A DNA stretch of 64,000 bases from the human T2T-CHM13v2.0 reference genome, Homo sapiens. The translations under genes were made by a program, and so were the position numbers. Of this stretch, positions 52,651 to 64,000 are shown piece after piece (position 1 is the stretch's first letter; the number at the start of each line of letters is the position of its first letter). The stretch lies in assembly GCF_009914755.1 (NCBI RefSeq), contig NC_060933.1; one strand, written 5' to 3'. The notes under the pieces are model-generated. The model was not told the origin of the DNA, searched no databases, and saw nothing but the letters and a program-made list of their open reading frames with translations.

Positions 52651-54062
52651 CTTTCTCTACTACTTAATAGACTTACCAAAACAACTTTAAAATGTATATT
52701 GAGTGCATACATCGGCTTACAACTAAGTTGGATTACTTTAGGAATAATAATAATAGTAGTAATATAACAAAAATAAAACTAGGGGAATATCAGAAAGCTT
52801 TTCAACACATGAGGAAATTAAAACAACTGAAACACACAGTAACAATAAAAAATGAGTTTCATAAATTTGCAATATATGTGCTTCTCCTTCCTTCTGGAAA
52901 GGGTAAGCCTATGATACAGATTTTAGCATCATTGTGGATTAGTGACATGCTAGGCAACTGTTATTAAATTAGGCCTTAATGTTACCTTATTATACAAGTT
53001 AAATTTGCTGTTGAGTGCAAGAACATACAGCAGAAGCTCTGGGGAAATCTAAACAGACAGCAGCACAACCATTCGTCTTTGGGAAAATACAGGGATGATT
53101 CAAAAATGCTCACTACAAGAAGGGAAGCTTCAGGAGTCATTTGAAGATGGAGATGCAGGCAACTCTTCAAAGAAATAGAGATAAATTATGCCATGTGAGA
53201 AACATAGCCAGAAATTTAAAAAAAAATGAAGGAAGACAGAAGGAAGACATGAGAGAGAAGATATACTAAGGGAACAAATGGTGAATTGATTTTTCTGATT
53301 CTCTGCTCAGAGCTGATGAGTAAAATGAAGTTGCCTTGAATTTTTGAAACAACTTTTGTACACCCAAACTTCTAATCCATATGGAGTTTTACTAAGTCAA
53401 AAAGAAGGTAAGTATGACATACTAGCATTTTATTTCTATAGAAGCTGTGAAAAAACATTTGAAATTTGGGCAGGTAAAGAATCTGAGACTCAAGAATTTG
53501 ACAAATATTTGTTATTTCTCTACCCTTTATCTTATTATTGTTATTTCAGGTGCTGGGGATGCAGCATTACTAAGAACTGATTCTTGTCTTCAAGCTCACC
53601 ATCTTCTGAAGCAGACACTCAAGTAAACCCACTCATTAAAAATCACATTATATGTCCTATATGGAAAATGAGAACAATGTGATATAGAAAAGAGGAGATG
53701 ATTTGTTCCAATTTGAGCACTTCAGGAAACTTTCCTGAGGATATAAAACATAAATTTGTTTTGATACATTTTATGGAGGTAACCAGCTGTAAAATGTTGG
53801 TGAGAGTCTCTAGGCAGAGGAAACAATATGAGCAAAATTGCAAGGAAAGAACCAGCATAGAAGTCTTCTCATCTCCAGGAAATCGCTGCCATGAAAAAAA
53901 ATAGAGAACTGATGCTGCCAGAAAGTTTTGCTATTACTAGAGCCTGAATTGGAAGACAGGGGTGAATATTAGGATGCAAAAGTCTTTTTAAGCAGACATA
54001 AAGAGATTGGACAGGAAGGAGATTCTGTAGATCAAGTGTCGAAAATAAAAATTCTACAGATA

Positions 54063-54337
54063 TTGCAAGGAGAAAAAACCAAACACCGCATGTTCTCACT
54101 CATAGTTGGGAACTGAACAATGAGAACACACGGACACAGGAAGGGGAACATCACACTCTGGGGACTGTTGTGGGGTGGGAGGGTGGGGAGGGATAGCTTT
54201 AGGAGATATACCTAATGCTAAATGACGAGTTAATGGGTGCAGCACACCAGCATGGCTCATGTATACATATGTAACTAACCTGCACATTGTCCACATGTAC
54301 CCTAAAACTTAAAGTATAATAATAATAATAAAAGAAA
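54063..54337 (+). mobile_element. L1PA3/4-like 3' end, 5'-truncated
   Basis: AAACACCGCATGTTCTCACTC..AATGCTAAATGACGAGTTAATGGGTGC..CCCTAAAACTTAAAGTATAAT; TSD AAAAATTCTACAGATA at 54047 and 54338. Confidence 0.96.
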
Positions 54338-54374
54338 AAAAATTCTACAGATAGTGTCTTTCTCTTGTACATAT

Positions 54375-54630
54375 TGAATCAATATTAAAAATTAGAGATT
54401 TCACTAAAAACACATATTTGGCTTCTCTTAACAAAGCTTTCTGGCAGCATCAATTCTTTATTTTCTCATGACAGTAATTTCCTGGAGATGAGAAGACTTC
54501 TGCTCGGGGTACATATTCTCTGCTGTGCCTTTGTGGGCAACCCTTACACAAAGTTTACATATGCACTTGCACCTGGTTAGCATTTGTTTTTATCCGGCGT
54601 GAGTAGGCCCTTGACCTTGCTATCCCTACT
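54375..54630 (+). mobile_element. MER102-like hAT-Charlie fragment
   Basis: ATATTAAAATTAGAGATTTCACTAAAAA..TGGCTTCTCTT..TCTGGCAGCA..CATGACAG..CTGGAGATGAG resembles MER102. Confidence 0.55.
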
Positions 54631-57272
54631 CTTGCTATTGGTTTCTACATCAGAGGAAACTATTAACATATTTTAATCTGTGGCATGACATCTTCAACTT
54701 GGCAATGATAAAGACTAGAGTCTGAAGAAGGTCAGAATGAGAGAAAGAAGCAGGAAGAGCACTTAGAGGGTTGTAATCATCAATATGAGGCCTAACTGCA
54801 ACAGTTATCATATTGAGCAAGTTTCAATCATTTGTCGAATATGAGGAAAAGAGACAAATCTGGGATGACCATCTGTTTTATGGATTGGGTGACTAGGTTG
54901 ATGATGAGATCCATGACTAAGACAGGAAACAAGGAGAGAATTGAAGGAGATAGGTAGATATGTTCAATTTTGGACAAGCTGAGATGAGTTTGAGGTTTCT
55001 GGGAATATTACAAGGGTCAGATGAGCAGCAAGGTGAATATATTAGTCAGAAGCTAAATCAGAAGCTGATTGGAAAGGCAAATGCTAGGGATATGGTTTGG
55101 AGAGTTATTATTATTTAGGTGGTATTTGAACCCAGGAAAACAGGTGATGTCTTGAAAGTAACAGCACAGAAGGAAAAATCCTAAAAAATTAGAAATGAAA
55201 AACAGAAAGAAGTGAATGAGTCCATGAAAAAGTGAAAAACAAGGACACAAAGGAGAATTTAAAAATGAGAAAAAGTATCCTTTACCATAGGAGTCTATTT
55301 GTTTACTGAGTTTAGCCAGCAGGAGTTTGGAGAGCAAGAGATAGACACCTTTAGTTTCAGAGAATCCAAGGGGGTAAGGAATTTTAGACAGTGAATGGTT
55401 AGCAATGTCAAAGTCAATAGATTGACCCGATGAAACAAGAGCTGAAATGTATTCGCATGGAAATTATGGTGATCTTCGCTTGAGTGGTTTCAGCATAGTG
55501 AAGACAGAAGCAAGTATCAAGGTATCTAGAGTCAGTGAGATTAAACTACTTTTAAGAAGCTTGACCCAGAAAAGGAAAGCCATAGAGTACTATCAAGAGT
55601 TGGATGCAAGACATAAAAGAGGAGTTTACAGTGACTGAGGCTTGAGCATGCTCTTCATGTATCTCTGATGATACCTACAGAAATATTTTGCAGGTATTTC
55701 AAAAGATGAAAACTAGGCAAACCATTATCGTTGTGGTTATTATTATTTGCTATTTTTTTTATTCAAGAAGTTTTGTTTGGTGATTCAAACACCCTTTGAC
55801 CATGATAGTATTCTCTCAACATGTCTTTAATGTCAGAGTAGTCCTTGTATTTAAAGGCAATACGTTATTTTCTAAAGCAGTTTTAAAATTACCCCTTTTT
55901 ATTGTCATGTTAATTAAAAATCTAATTCTCACGTTTCCACTTGCAATCCTAGTTCTGCTCTTGGGAGCTATACAGGGTAAGACTATTCTATCTTTCATAG
56001 AAAAATTCTTTAGATATTTCAAAAGTAAATTTCATGCCTCCTCTTTTGTTCAATTCTTTTTTCTAAGATACATGGAAGTTTGTACACTTAGCATCTATTT
56101 GAGATGTTTTCAGGTCCCTTACTAACTTTATCTCTTATTTCGTCTTTCTCTTAATTCACTCTAGCTTATCAATGTATTTAAATGATGTTTAATTGTACCT
56201 AGTACTCCAAATTTGTTTCGTATAGCAGAAAGTACAGTTGGTCTGCTATGTCTTACTTGTAGGGCAATTAAACTTCTATTTAGGCTCCAAAAATTAGCTA
56301 ACTACTGTAAGCAACCATCTCACACCATGAATTCACTAGAAGACTTGGAGATAAGATAAGTTTTATATTACTTCATGTTAAGTATTTTTCCTTCCTTCTG
56401 AAACTTATGTTAGTTATTTTTCAGCTTTAAAGTACTAAGGGTACATTTTGTTGGCTTCATATTAGCCTAGGAATTTAGTTTCTCACTGTCATATTAAATC
56501 CTGCTTTTGTCACTATATTATTAGTTCTCTAATTTGTTGTCTACTGAAAATATAAATATCTTTTTATATTCTCATCTAATGCACATATTAAAAATGTTAG
56601 ACAGGTGAAAATAAGGCCACACAAGTTTGTCATGTTCCACTAGAGATTTATTCCAAGGTTGAAATCAATGTCTTATTTGACACTAGGTATGACTCCTAAG
56701 GCATTTGTGAGTTCATGTAACAATATTGCCCGATTCATATTTCATAAACATTTACTAACGTATATGAACACTATTAAAGTGCCCAAGTGTTTTCTCAGGC
56801 TAATGAAAACTTATCAAAAGAAGAAATAAGGATTGTATAGCATGACTCATTTTGGGTAAATCTTCATGGGTTTTTAAGGATTTCATCATTCTTTTCAAGT
56901 AATAGTAAATTGTATTTATATAGTGCTTGAACTTTTTAGGTGATTTGTAATGCAATTGTCCAGAGTGAAAGCATTGTACAAAGCTCACAGGCATTGGGAT
57001 TAGCAAATGGACTTAAAAATCTGGCTGTGGTATATATATTAGCTCTGTGTCCAAGGTAAATATGTAATATGAAGAGGATAATAGGTGTTTCATGAGGTTG
57101 TTATTAAGATTTAAGGAGAATTTATCATTCTCATTATAGCATTCCATCCAGGAGTTATTCCCCAGTGGGTATATGATAAACGTGAAACTTCTACTTCCAG
57201 CACTGAGATACTTAGAGTAACTGTGCTGTGTAGTCAGAAGTCAGAACTGGTGTAGCACCCATCTTGGAGATA

Positions 57273-57836
57273 TTTTTTTTTATTATACTTTAAGTTCTGG
57301 GGTACATGTGCAGAATGTGCAGGTTTGTTACATAGGTATACACGTGCCATGGTGGTTTGCTGCACCCAACAACCCGTCATCTACATGAGGTATTTCTCCT
57401 AATGCTACCCCTCTCCTAACCCCCTACCCCCTTAATAGGCCCCAGTGTGTGATGTTCCCCTCCCTGTTTCTATGTGTTCTCATTGTTCAACTCCCACTTA
57501 TGAGTGAGAACATGCGGTGTTTGGTTTTCTGTTCTTGTGTTAGTTTGCTGAGAATGATGGTTTCCAGCTTCATCCATGTCCCTGCAAAGGACACAAACTC
57601 ATCCTTTTTTATGGCTGCATAGTATTCCATGGTGTATATGTGCCACATTTCCTTAATCCAGTCTATCATTGATGGACATTTGGGTTGGTTCCAAGTCTTT
57701 GCTATTGTGAATAGTGCCACAATAAACATATGTGTGCATGTGTCTTTAAAGTAGAATGATTTATAATCCTTTGGTTATATACCCAGTAATGGGATTGCTG
57801 GGTCAAATGGTACTTCTAGTTCTAGATCCTTGAGGA
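57273..57836 (-). mobile_element. L1PA6/7-like 3' fragment
   Basis: TTATTATACTTTAAGTTCTGGGGTACATGTGCAG..; minus ORF MFIVALFTIAKTWNQPKCPSMIDWIK is the ORF2 C-terminus. Confidence 0.96.
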
Positions 57837-58567
57837 TCTAATAGGTAAAAATTGTTAATTTTTCATCATTGGTTTGGCTGCCAAAATCTGCAGCTCTGTT
57901 ACCAGGGAGCATGAATTCAATTTTACGTAAAATTTGAAAACACAAGACTTTGAATCTGAAAGTAGTGTAGTAAGATATAAGTAGAGTAAAATAATAACTT
58001 TGATAGCCAGAGATCGTGATCTGGTTGGGATAAATGCTGGAACAGCTAGGAGATTCTGGAAATAAGAGAGACATAGACATAGGATAGTCAGATAAACTTT
58101 CTATGCATTCCTGTCTATCTTGGGAATCTGTACATGACAGAGACAAGTGAGGAGTAAATATGAAAACAAATTTGAGAATTGGCTGATTTCTGGAGGCACT
58201 CAGCAACTCACACACAGATTGGTTATCACAGAGATAGGTTTAAAGGGTTTTTGGGTATAAACTCTATGAGAACAGTAGTTTTCATTGAGATTAAATAAGA
58301 ACTAAAAGAATAAAAAGGAGAAGCAAATTTGTACAATATAAAGTTTCCATATTTAACTTACTAGTTTTGGGTCTCATAAAATGTGCTATTCTTAATTTAG
58401 GGTACATGTATTCATCCAACAATTATGTGCTATTAGGTGTCAGACACTGTACAACTTACTAGAAATGGAATGATGAATAATGTGATGATTATAGAAAAAA
58501 TGATACTACTAAATCAGTTGTTTCAAACTTGTAACTATTTCAAGTGAAGCAGGTCTCGCTCTTGGTT

Positions 58568-58722
58568 AGGTGGTGAGACAGTGTAAAGGTAAGACAGCTT
58601 AAAGGTAAAGGTTGTCTTCCCTATAAAGAAAAGATGGTGGGGATGCAGGATGCCTTAAGGTGGTGAGACAGCCTAAAGGTGGTGAGATAGCATAAAGGTA
58701 AGGGATGTCTTTCTATAAAGAT
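58568..58722 (+). repeat. Local 90-bp-period duplication with internal ~19-bp subrepeats
   Basis: GGTGAGACAGNNTAAAGGT-like units at 58572, 58591 (partial), 58662, 58681; both blocks end TGTCTTYCTATAAAGA-like. Confidence 0.8.
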
Positions 58723-58896
58723 GTACTATCACTCAGCTAGTTGGTGACTAAATCTGGTGATAAAAAATAGACCTAAGGCTTACACTAAATTTAACATTAA
58801 ATGCTTTCAAGTTATTCTAAAGTCAATGCAGCTATTATAATAAGTAGAGGTATCTACCAGAGTTGTTCTAACTTTTTTTGGATTTGCCGTTAGTAA

Positions 58897-59255
<359 letters not shown>

Positions 59256-59499
59256 CATTGGGACGGATTTCTAACTTGAGAACTTGCTGAAAGGATAATA
59301 CCAGAGGAGAATCCATTAGGAGTGGTGCTTATAACTCCTTCTGAATTTCCCTCAATCAACACATAAATAATTCATACCTTTCAGACTTGGCTTTTGAAGG
59401 CTAACCTAAAAAGAGTAGGCAGCAGTGAGAATGTAGTTTCTATTGATATCAATAACTCGTAATATCATTTTTTCTGTACAGTTTTTTCTTGACCTTTAA

Positions 59500-60435
59500 A
59501 CTCATATAGTCACTGGACTAGACATTTCCAAATGGATGCCTCATAGATATACTAAACAATATTTTCCATAAAAAGTCCCTTGATTTCCTTCCACAAACCT
59601 GGTCCTCTTATTGGATTTCTCCACTTCAGTAATTGTTAAAATCACCCACCGAGAACTCAGGTTGGAAACTTTAGTGTCTTCTTTTATCTTCCAAGTGAAT
59701 CAATCTGCACCTCCTACTGTTTCTGCCCTCCAAATATAGATCATGCCCATTCATTTATCTCTGTCCACTCTGTGACTATTTTAGTTCAAACTGCTTAAAC
59801 TTATAGCTTATATCTTTCCTCCTAACCAGTCTCACCTTCAAGTCTTAACCTCATTTAAACATTTTTTTAACCATAGAATCAGAGTAATATTTTTAGATTA
59901 TTAATTGAAAAATGTTTTTCTCTTTAAAAAAACTTAAATATCTTCCCATTATATGAAGCCACCTGCCATTGCAAATGAGTTTCTTACCATAGTTTATCAG
60001 ATTATGAAATTTAATCTCTGAACACCTTTCAAATTTCTTTCATTCTATTCCCTCTTCTGAGTATATTCTTAACACCTTGGGCTTCTTTCACTTTCTCATA
60101 TTTGGCAAACATTTTCTCACCTCAATGCCATGATTTGTAGTCTTGTTTCTGTCGGAAAAAGTTTAACCTATGGCTCTCAGCTTAAAGTCTGTTCTTCAAA
60201 TAACTTTCCCAAACCATGATAAATTGTCTAGCTCTTCATTGTCATTTTGTGTTATTCCACCCTCTGCTATCATTCAAGTACTTTAAGTTTTGAATATGCC
60301 TTATATATACTCATCTATGTTTATTTAGTACTGTATTGTAACATAATAGCTCTTAAGGGAAGAGCTAAAAAAGCATATTTTGTACTTAGTTCTTCATAAT
60401 TTCTAGGAATTCTACCAGGCACATAAACAAAGCAA
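59500..60435 (+). mobile_element. L2 fragment
   Basis: GACATTTCCAAATGGATG..AAACCTGGTCCTC..AATCAATC..TTCTGCCCTCCAAATAT..CCTCAATGCC..CTCAGCTTAAA. Confidence 0.7.
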
Positions 60436-61180
60436 ATCCAGAAAACAAAAATGTATATTACTTAGCGGTGTATGTTGATAGTGCACAAACACAAATTATT
60501 TGATTAAATAATGTTCAAGCCATGCCCTGCAGCTGCTAGCTATAGGCTTAGGCACTCAGCAAAGTAGCAAAATGCCTCCCAATCCTGCCTCTGTGATACC
60601 TCCTGCAACCCAGGGTCCCACACTGACCCACTCATCTCATTGGTTAGTCAGCCTCCCCAAACACAAGGCTCATTTCGAAGCTTAACCTCAGGCCCAGGAC
60701 GTTCTAGAAAAAAGGTAAAACATTTCTGAACATTTTGAATTTGTAGAGAAATAAAAATTTTAAAGAACTATGGAGAAACAGCAAAAAGTAATGTATCTTA
60801 ATTTCATTTATAGATCTAGTCATTTTTTTAGTTTCAAAGCATAAAATTATATTCAGTCTACTTGATTTACTGATGAAATTAAAATGACTGCCATATAAAT
60901 TTTAAAAGATAGTTTGCTTAGACTATAATAACTTTAGTAACAACATTTACTTTTAGATGTGTTTAATTGTTACAAATGGGACTGCAAGTGCTGAGCTTAA
61001 GAGATTGAACATCTTTTTGTTTTTACTTATTTTTCTGAAGCAGCAAACAACTGAGAAGATAAGAAATCATCACTATTGTTGGGACTTCCCCATATGCTAA
61101 CCAAACAAAGTCATCATGCTTTGCAGACATGGCATCTACCATGTAGAAACACAGATGCAAACATACACAAATTTAGAAAA

Positions 61181-61182
<2 letters not shown>

Positions 61183-61236
<54 letters not shown>

Positions 61237-61323
61237 ATATATATATAATATATATCAATATATATAAATGATATTTATACATGTATACACACACACACAC
61301 ACGCACACACACATACACACACA
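61183..61323. repeat. Compound (AT)n / (CA)n microsatellite
   Basis: (AT)24 at 61183-61230; imperfect CA at 61287-61323. Confidence 0.95.
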
Positions 61324-61579
61324 TATATGTAAATCAATTGGGCCTAGCCAGAAGAATCAAAAATGAAACATGAAGGTCTAAGACGAGCATAAAAGGTGGG
61401 TGTCTTTGGGAGGTGAGAGAATCTCTAGAGGAAGGAAGGGCAGAGCCCAGCTAGGGGACAGGAACCGATACAGTTCAGTGTTGAAGTGAAAGATGATGAG
61501 GAAGGTAATGCCATTTTAATGAATCAATACCATAAGCCCAGAAAAAAGCAGACAGTTTAAAGGTAAATTTTTAATGTTT

Positions 61580-61750
61580 GAAATAACTCTTTGAGATAGG
61601 CATTATTATTATTATTTTTAATTTTCCTAGAAGAGACCTGAAACTCAGAGGTAAGTTTAATGTTTTTGTCCAAGTTTACACAGTTAGAATGTGGCCTGGA
61701 CAGAATTGACAGACGGAGATATGTGGATCCCAAACCAAGTTCTTTCTATG
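61580..61750 (-). mobile_element. MIR
   Basis: TTGAGATAGGCATTATT..AGAGACCTGAAACTCAGAGG..TTGTCCAAGTTTACACAGTTAG. Confidence 0.7.
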
Positions 61751-61849
61751 AAGTAAGCCAGTACCAGGGCTGTTTCCAGAAAAAAAAAAAAAAGCCAGAA
61801 AACAAACCTGCATCAAACCAAGAGGTGGAGAGGTGGCTGTCACGACTAT

Positions 61850-62760
61850 AGGGTTCTATATGCCAGCATGCTTGTAGGCTTTGGGTTTATAGCAGTGAGT
61901 GAGAGAGACAAAGTCTAATCCTCATGACGTTTAGAACCTAGTAGGGGAGACAGACAATGAAAAACAAGGATACAAATATATAACATAAACAATATGTAGT
62001 GATAGGTGCTTTGAAGAAAACTGTGGCTTTTAAAGTGGATGGAATGTCCACTGCTCGAAGGTGGAAGTATAAGTGTTCTCACCACAAAAATGATAACTAT
62101 ATGAGGTAATACATATGTTATTTAGGTATGTTTAGTTATTTCTATTATGTAGCTATATTTCAAAATATCATGTTATACAGAATACACACATACAATTGTA
62201 TTTGTCAATTTAAAAAGTAATAAATTACTATATAAGTGAATGAAATGTGGCCATTTTAATTAAACTGACTAGGAAGAGCTCTCTGAAATGCAGGTATTTG
62301 ACCAGTGACACAAATAAAGTAAGGGGAGGAAGGCCTATAAAGCGTAGTCTTCTGGATAGCCAAGAAGCTATTACCATGAGGCAAGACAGCTGTGTTTGAG
62401 GTACGTTAGGAGGAACAGTGTGGTTAGAACTGTATGAAGGAGGCATACAGGTTTGGAGATAAGGTTAGAAACAAAGAGAGTAAGTAGTTGGTTCATGTAA
62501 GTCTCCACAGGCTGTGAAAAGGATTTTGTGTTTTATGTGATATAAACCTCTCAGGTGTTGAGCCAGGGAATGTTGAAGCTGATTTATTTAAAAACCTCAC
62601 TTTTGCTGCATTGTGAAGAAAAGGACAAAAATCGCAGCAGGCAAACCAGTTGATGTTGGAATTCAGATCCAGCAGAGATGGTGGTGGCTTTTATTAGATA
62701 GGGTGGGAGGTATCCCGATAGTGAAAGGTAGTCATATTTGAGATATATTTTGATACCATC
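61850..62760 (-). mobile_element. L2 fragments
   Basis: CTATATGCCAG..ATAGCAGTGAG..GACAAAGTC..CCTCATG..CTAGTAGGGGAGACAGACAAT; later GAGATAAGGTTAGA..AGGATTTTG. Confidence 0.7.
62070..62225 (+). mobile_element. L1MA 3' end fragment
   Basis: AAGTGTTCTCACCACAAAAATGATAACTATATGAGGTAAT..TATTTCAAAATATCATGTT..TTTGTCAATTTAAAAA. Confidence 0.85.
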
Positions 62761-63249
62761 AACGTAAAAGACAAATTTTAGCTAAGAGAGCATCTCTGGT
62801 TATAATTGGAGCAGAGAGAGCATGGAAGAGGCCCTCCTAAGAATACCATGTTGGCTATGATTTGAATTCTATCACCTTTACAAGTTCAATGTGCCCTCGG
62901 ATACTATATAGGAGCCATGCAACATCTTGATAGCCTCATCTTCCAGGTTCCAACACTCTCATTGAAGACATCCTTTGCCATACTATTAATTACCCTCATT
63001 ATATGAATGGTGACTATTAGGGCCTTCTATTTTGCAGTTGTCTCATTTTGATCTCAGCATAAGTTCCAGAAAACCGAAGGCTTTTACACAATCTTCTCTT
63101 GTCTTTAAAAATTATGTAGCCTATTCCTTGAGGGGATGTGGAGCTTTTGATGTGTACATGGGGTTTGTCATTGTTCTTATCTTTTGTTTTCACTTTCTGA
63201 GAATGCATCTGATGCTGTCCCTTGAGAGGGCCTTGAGAAAATGATGTTA

Positions 63250-63440
63250 ACTTGTATTGTTAGCACTTTTCTATATAGTAAATTTGGGACACATCACTTT
63301 TTCATATTATTTCACTTTAGCTTAGGAATAACACTAGTCAATTTGTATTATTTTTATTTACAGAGAGGAAAACTGAAGCTGAGAATTTAAATATGATCAA
63401 CTTCATACCAATGTGGGAATGGAGTCAAGATTTTACACTT
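63250..63440 (-). mobile_element. MIR
   Basis: ATTTACAGAGAGGAAAACTGAAGCTGAGA core. Confidence 0.65.
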
Positions 63441-64000
63441 CTCCTGTAATTTCCTTATAACTGAAAAGCATAAATTCTTTCTGTTATATATGCTTGGCAG
63501 GTCCCAGACTAAATTCCTAGAGCAACCCCCGAAGGCATGAATTTTCTCCTCCAGAACTTTAAAGATTTTTTCTGACAACCAGGCTAACGATGCTGCTTAT
63601 TTTGTAATCCAGTCAAATGCAACAGCAGTTTCATATTTCTGCCTTTGAATCTCAGATCCAAGAAAGTGGCAGCAGCATGAATTCCTCAGTTTAAAAGAAC
63701 TGTAATGATGTGATTTTGTCAATGGGTTAACACTAAATTCTTTTGGTCACCTGGAACTTCGTTGTTCTTAGAAATGAAAACAGTTGCAGAGGGGTAAATT
63801 TGAGGAACAATATAAGAACAACTTAATTAAATATTATTTTTACAAAGATTTATAATAAAAATTCTTTAATTTTGCTAAAAAATATGATTCCTTCAATTTT
63901 TGTTATTCCCATCACTTATCTTTGTTTTCCTCAGGTATGCTCTAAAAAAAGGTTATAAACTACTTAAGACCGTATCGTTCTGCACCTCTTATGAGAAAAG

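Larger units (their letters stand above)
53490..55640 (-). mobile_element. L2 fragments interrupted by L1PA and MER102-like elements
   Basis: CAAATATTT..AGGTGCTGGGGATGCAG..CAAGCTCAC; AGGCAGAGGAAACA; TGTTCAATTTTGGACA..CTAGGGATATGGTTTGGAGAGTTAT. Confidence 0.7.

Noticed and set aside
58568-58722. Spaced short repeats resembling a CRISPR array
   Set aside because: Eukaryotic context, degenerate and adjacent units, no regular unique spacers, no cas genes

Overview
AT-rich primate (human-like) genomic DNA with no protein-coding gene, RNA gene, CpG island or CRISPR array that I can support. About half or more is interspersed repeat: Alu J/S/Y, L1PA/L1PB/L1M, L2, L3/CR1, MIR, ERV1/ERVL/MaLR LTRs and hAT/Tigger DNA transposon fossils. 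All longer ORFs in the track are Alu or L1 remnants or chance ORFs. I did not find a new biological system. The most notable structures are: (1) a near full-length L1PA7-like insertion with its whole 5' UTR/ORF1 block inverted (42397-48241, 14-bp TSD); (2) a second small twin-primed L1; (3) two Alus stacked at one target site with three TSD copies; (4) a two-LTR MLT1 MaLR provirus; (5) a perfect 22-bp-arm palindrome; (6) a ~70-bp local inverted duplication of a MER102-like segment; (7) a candidate non-coding exon and several repeat-poor candidate regulatory blocks. Subfamily names come from recalled consensus sequences, and boundaries of old repeats are approximate.
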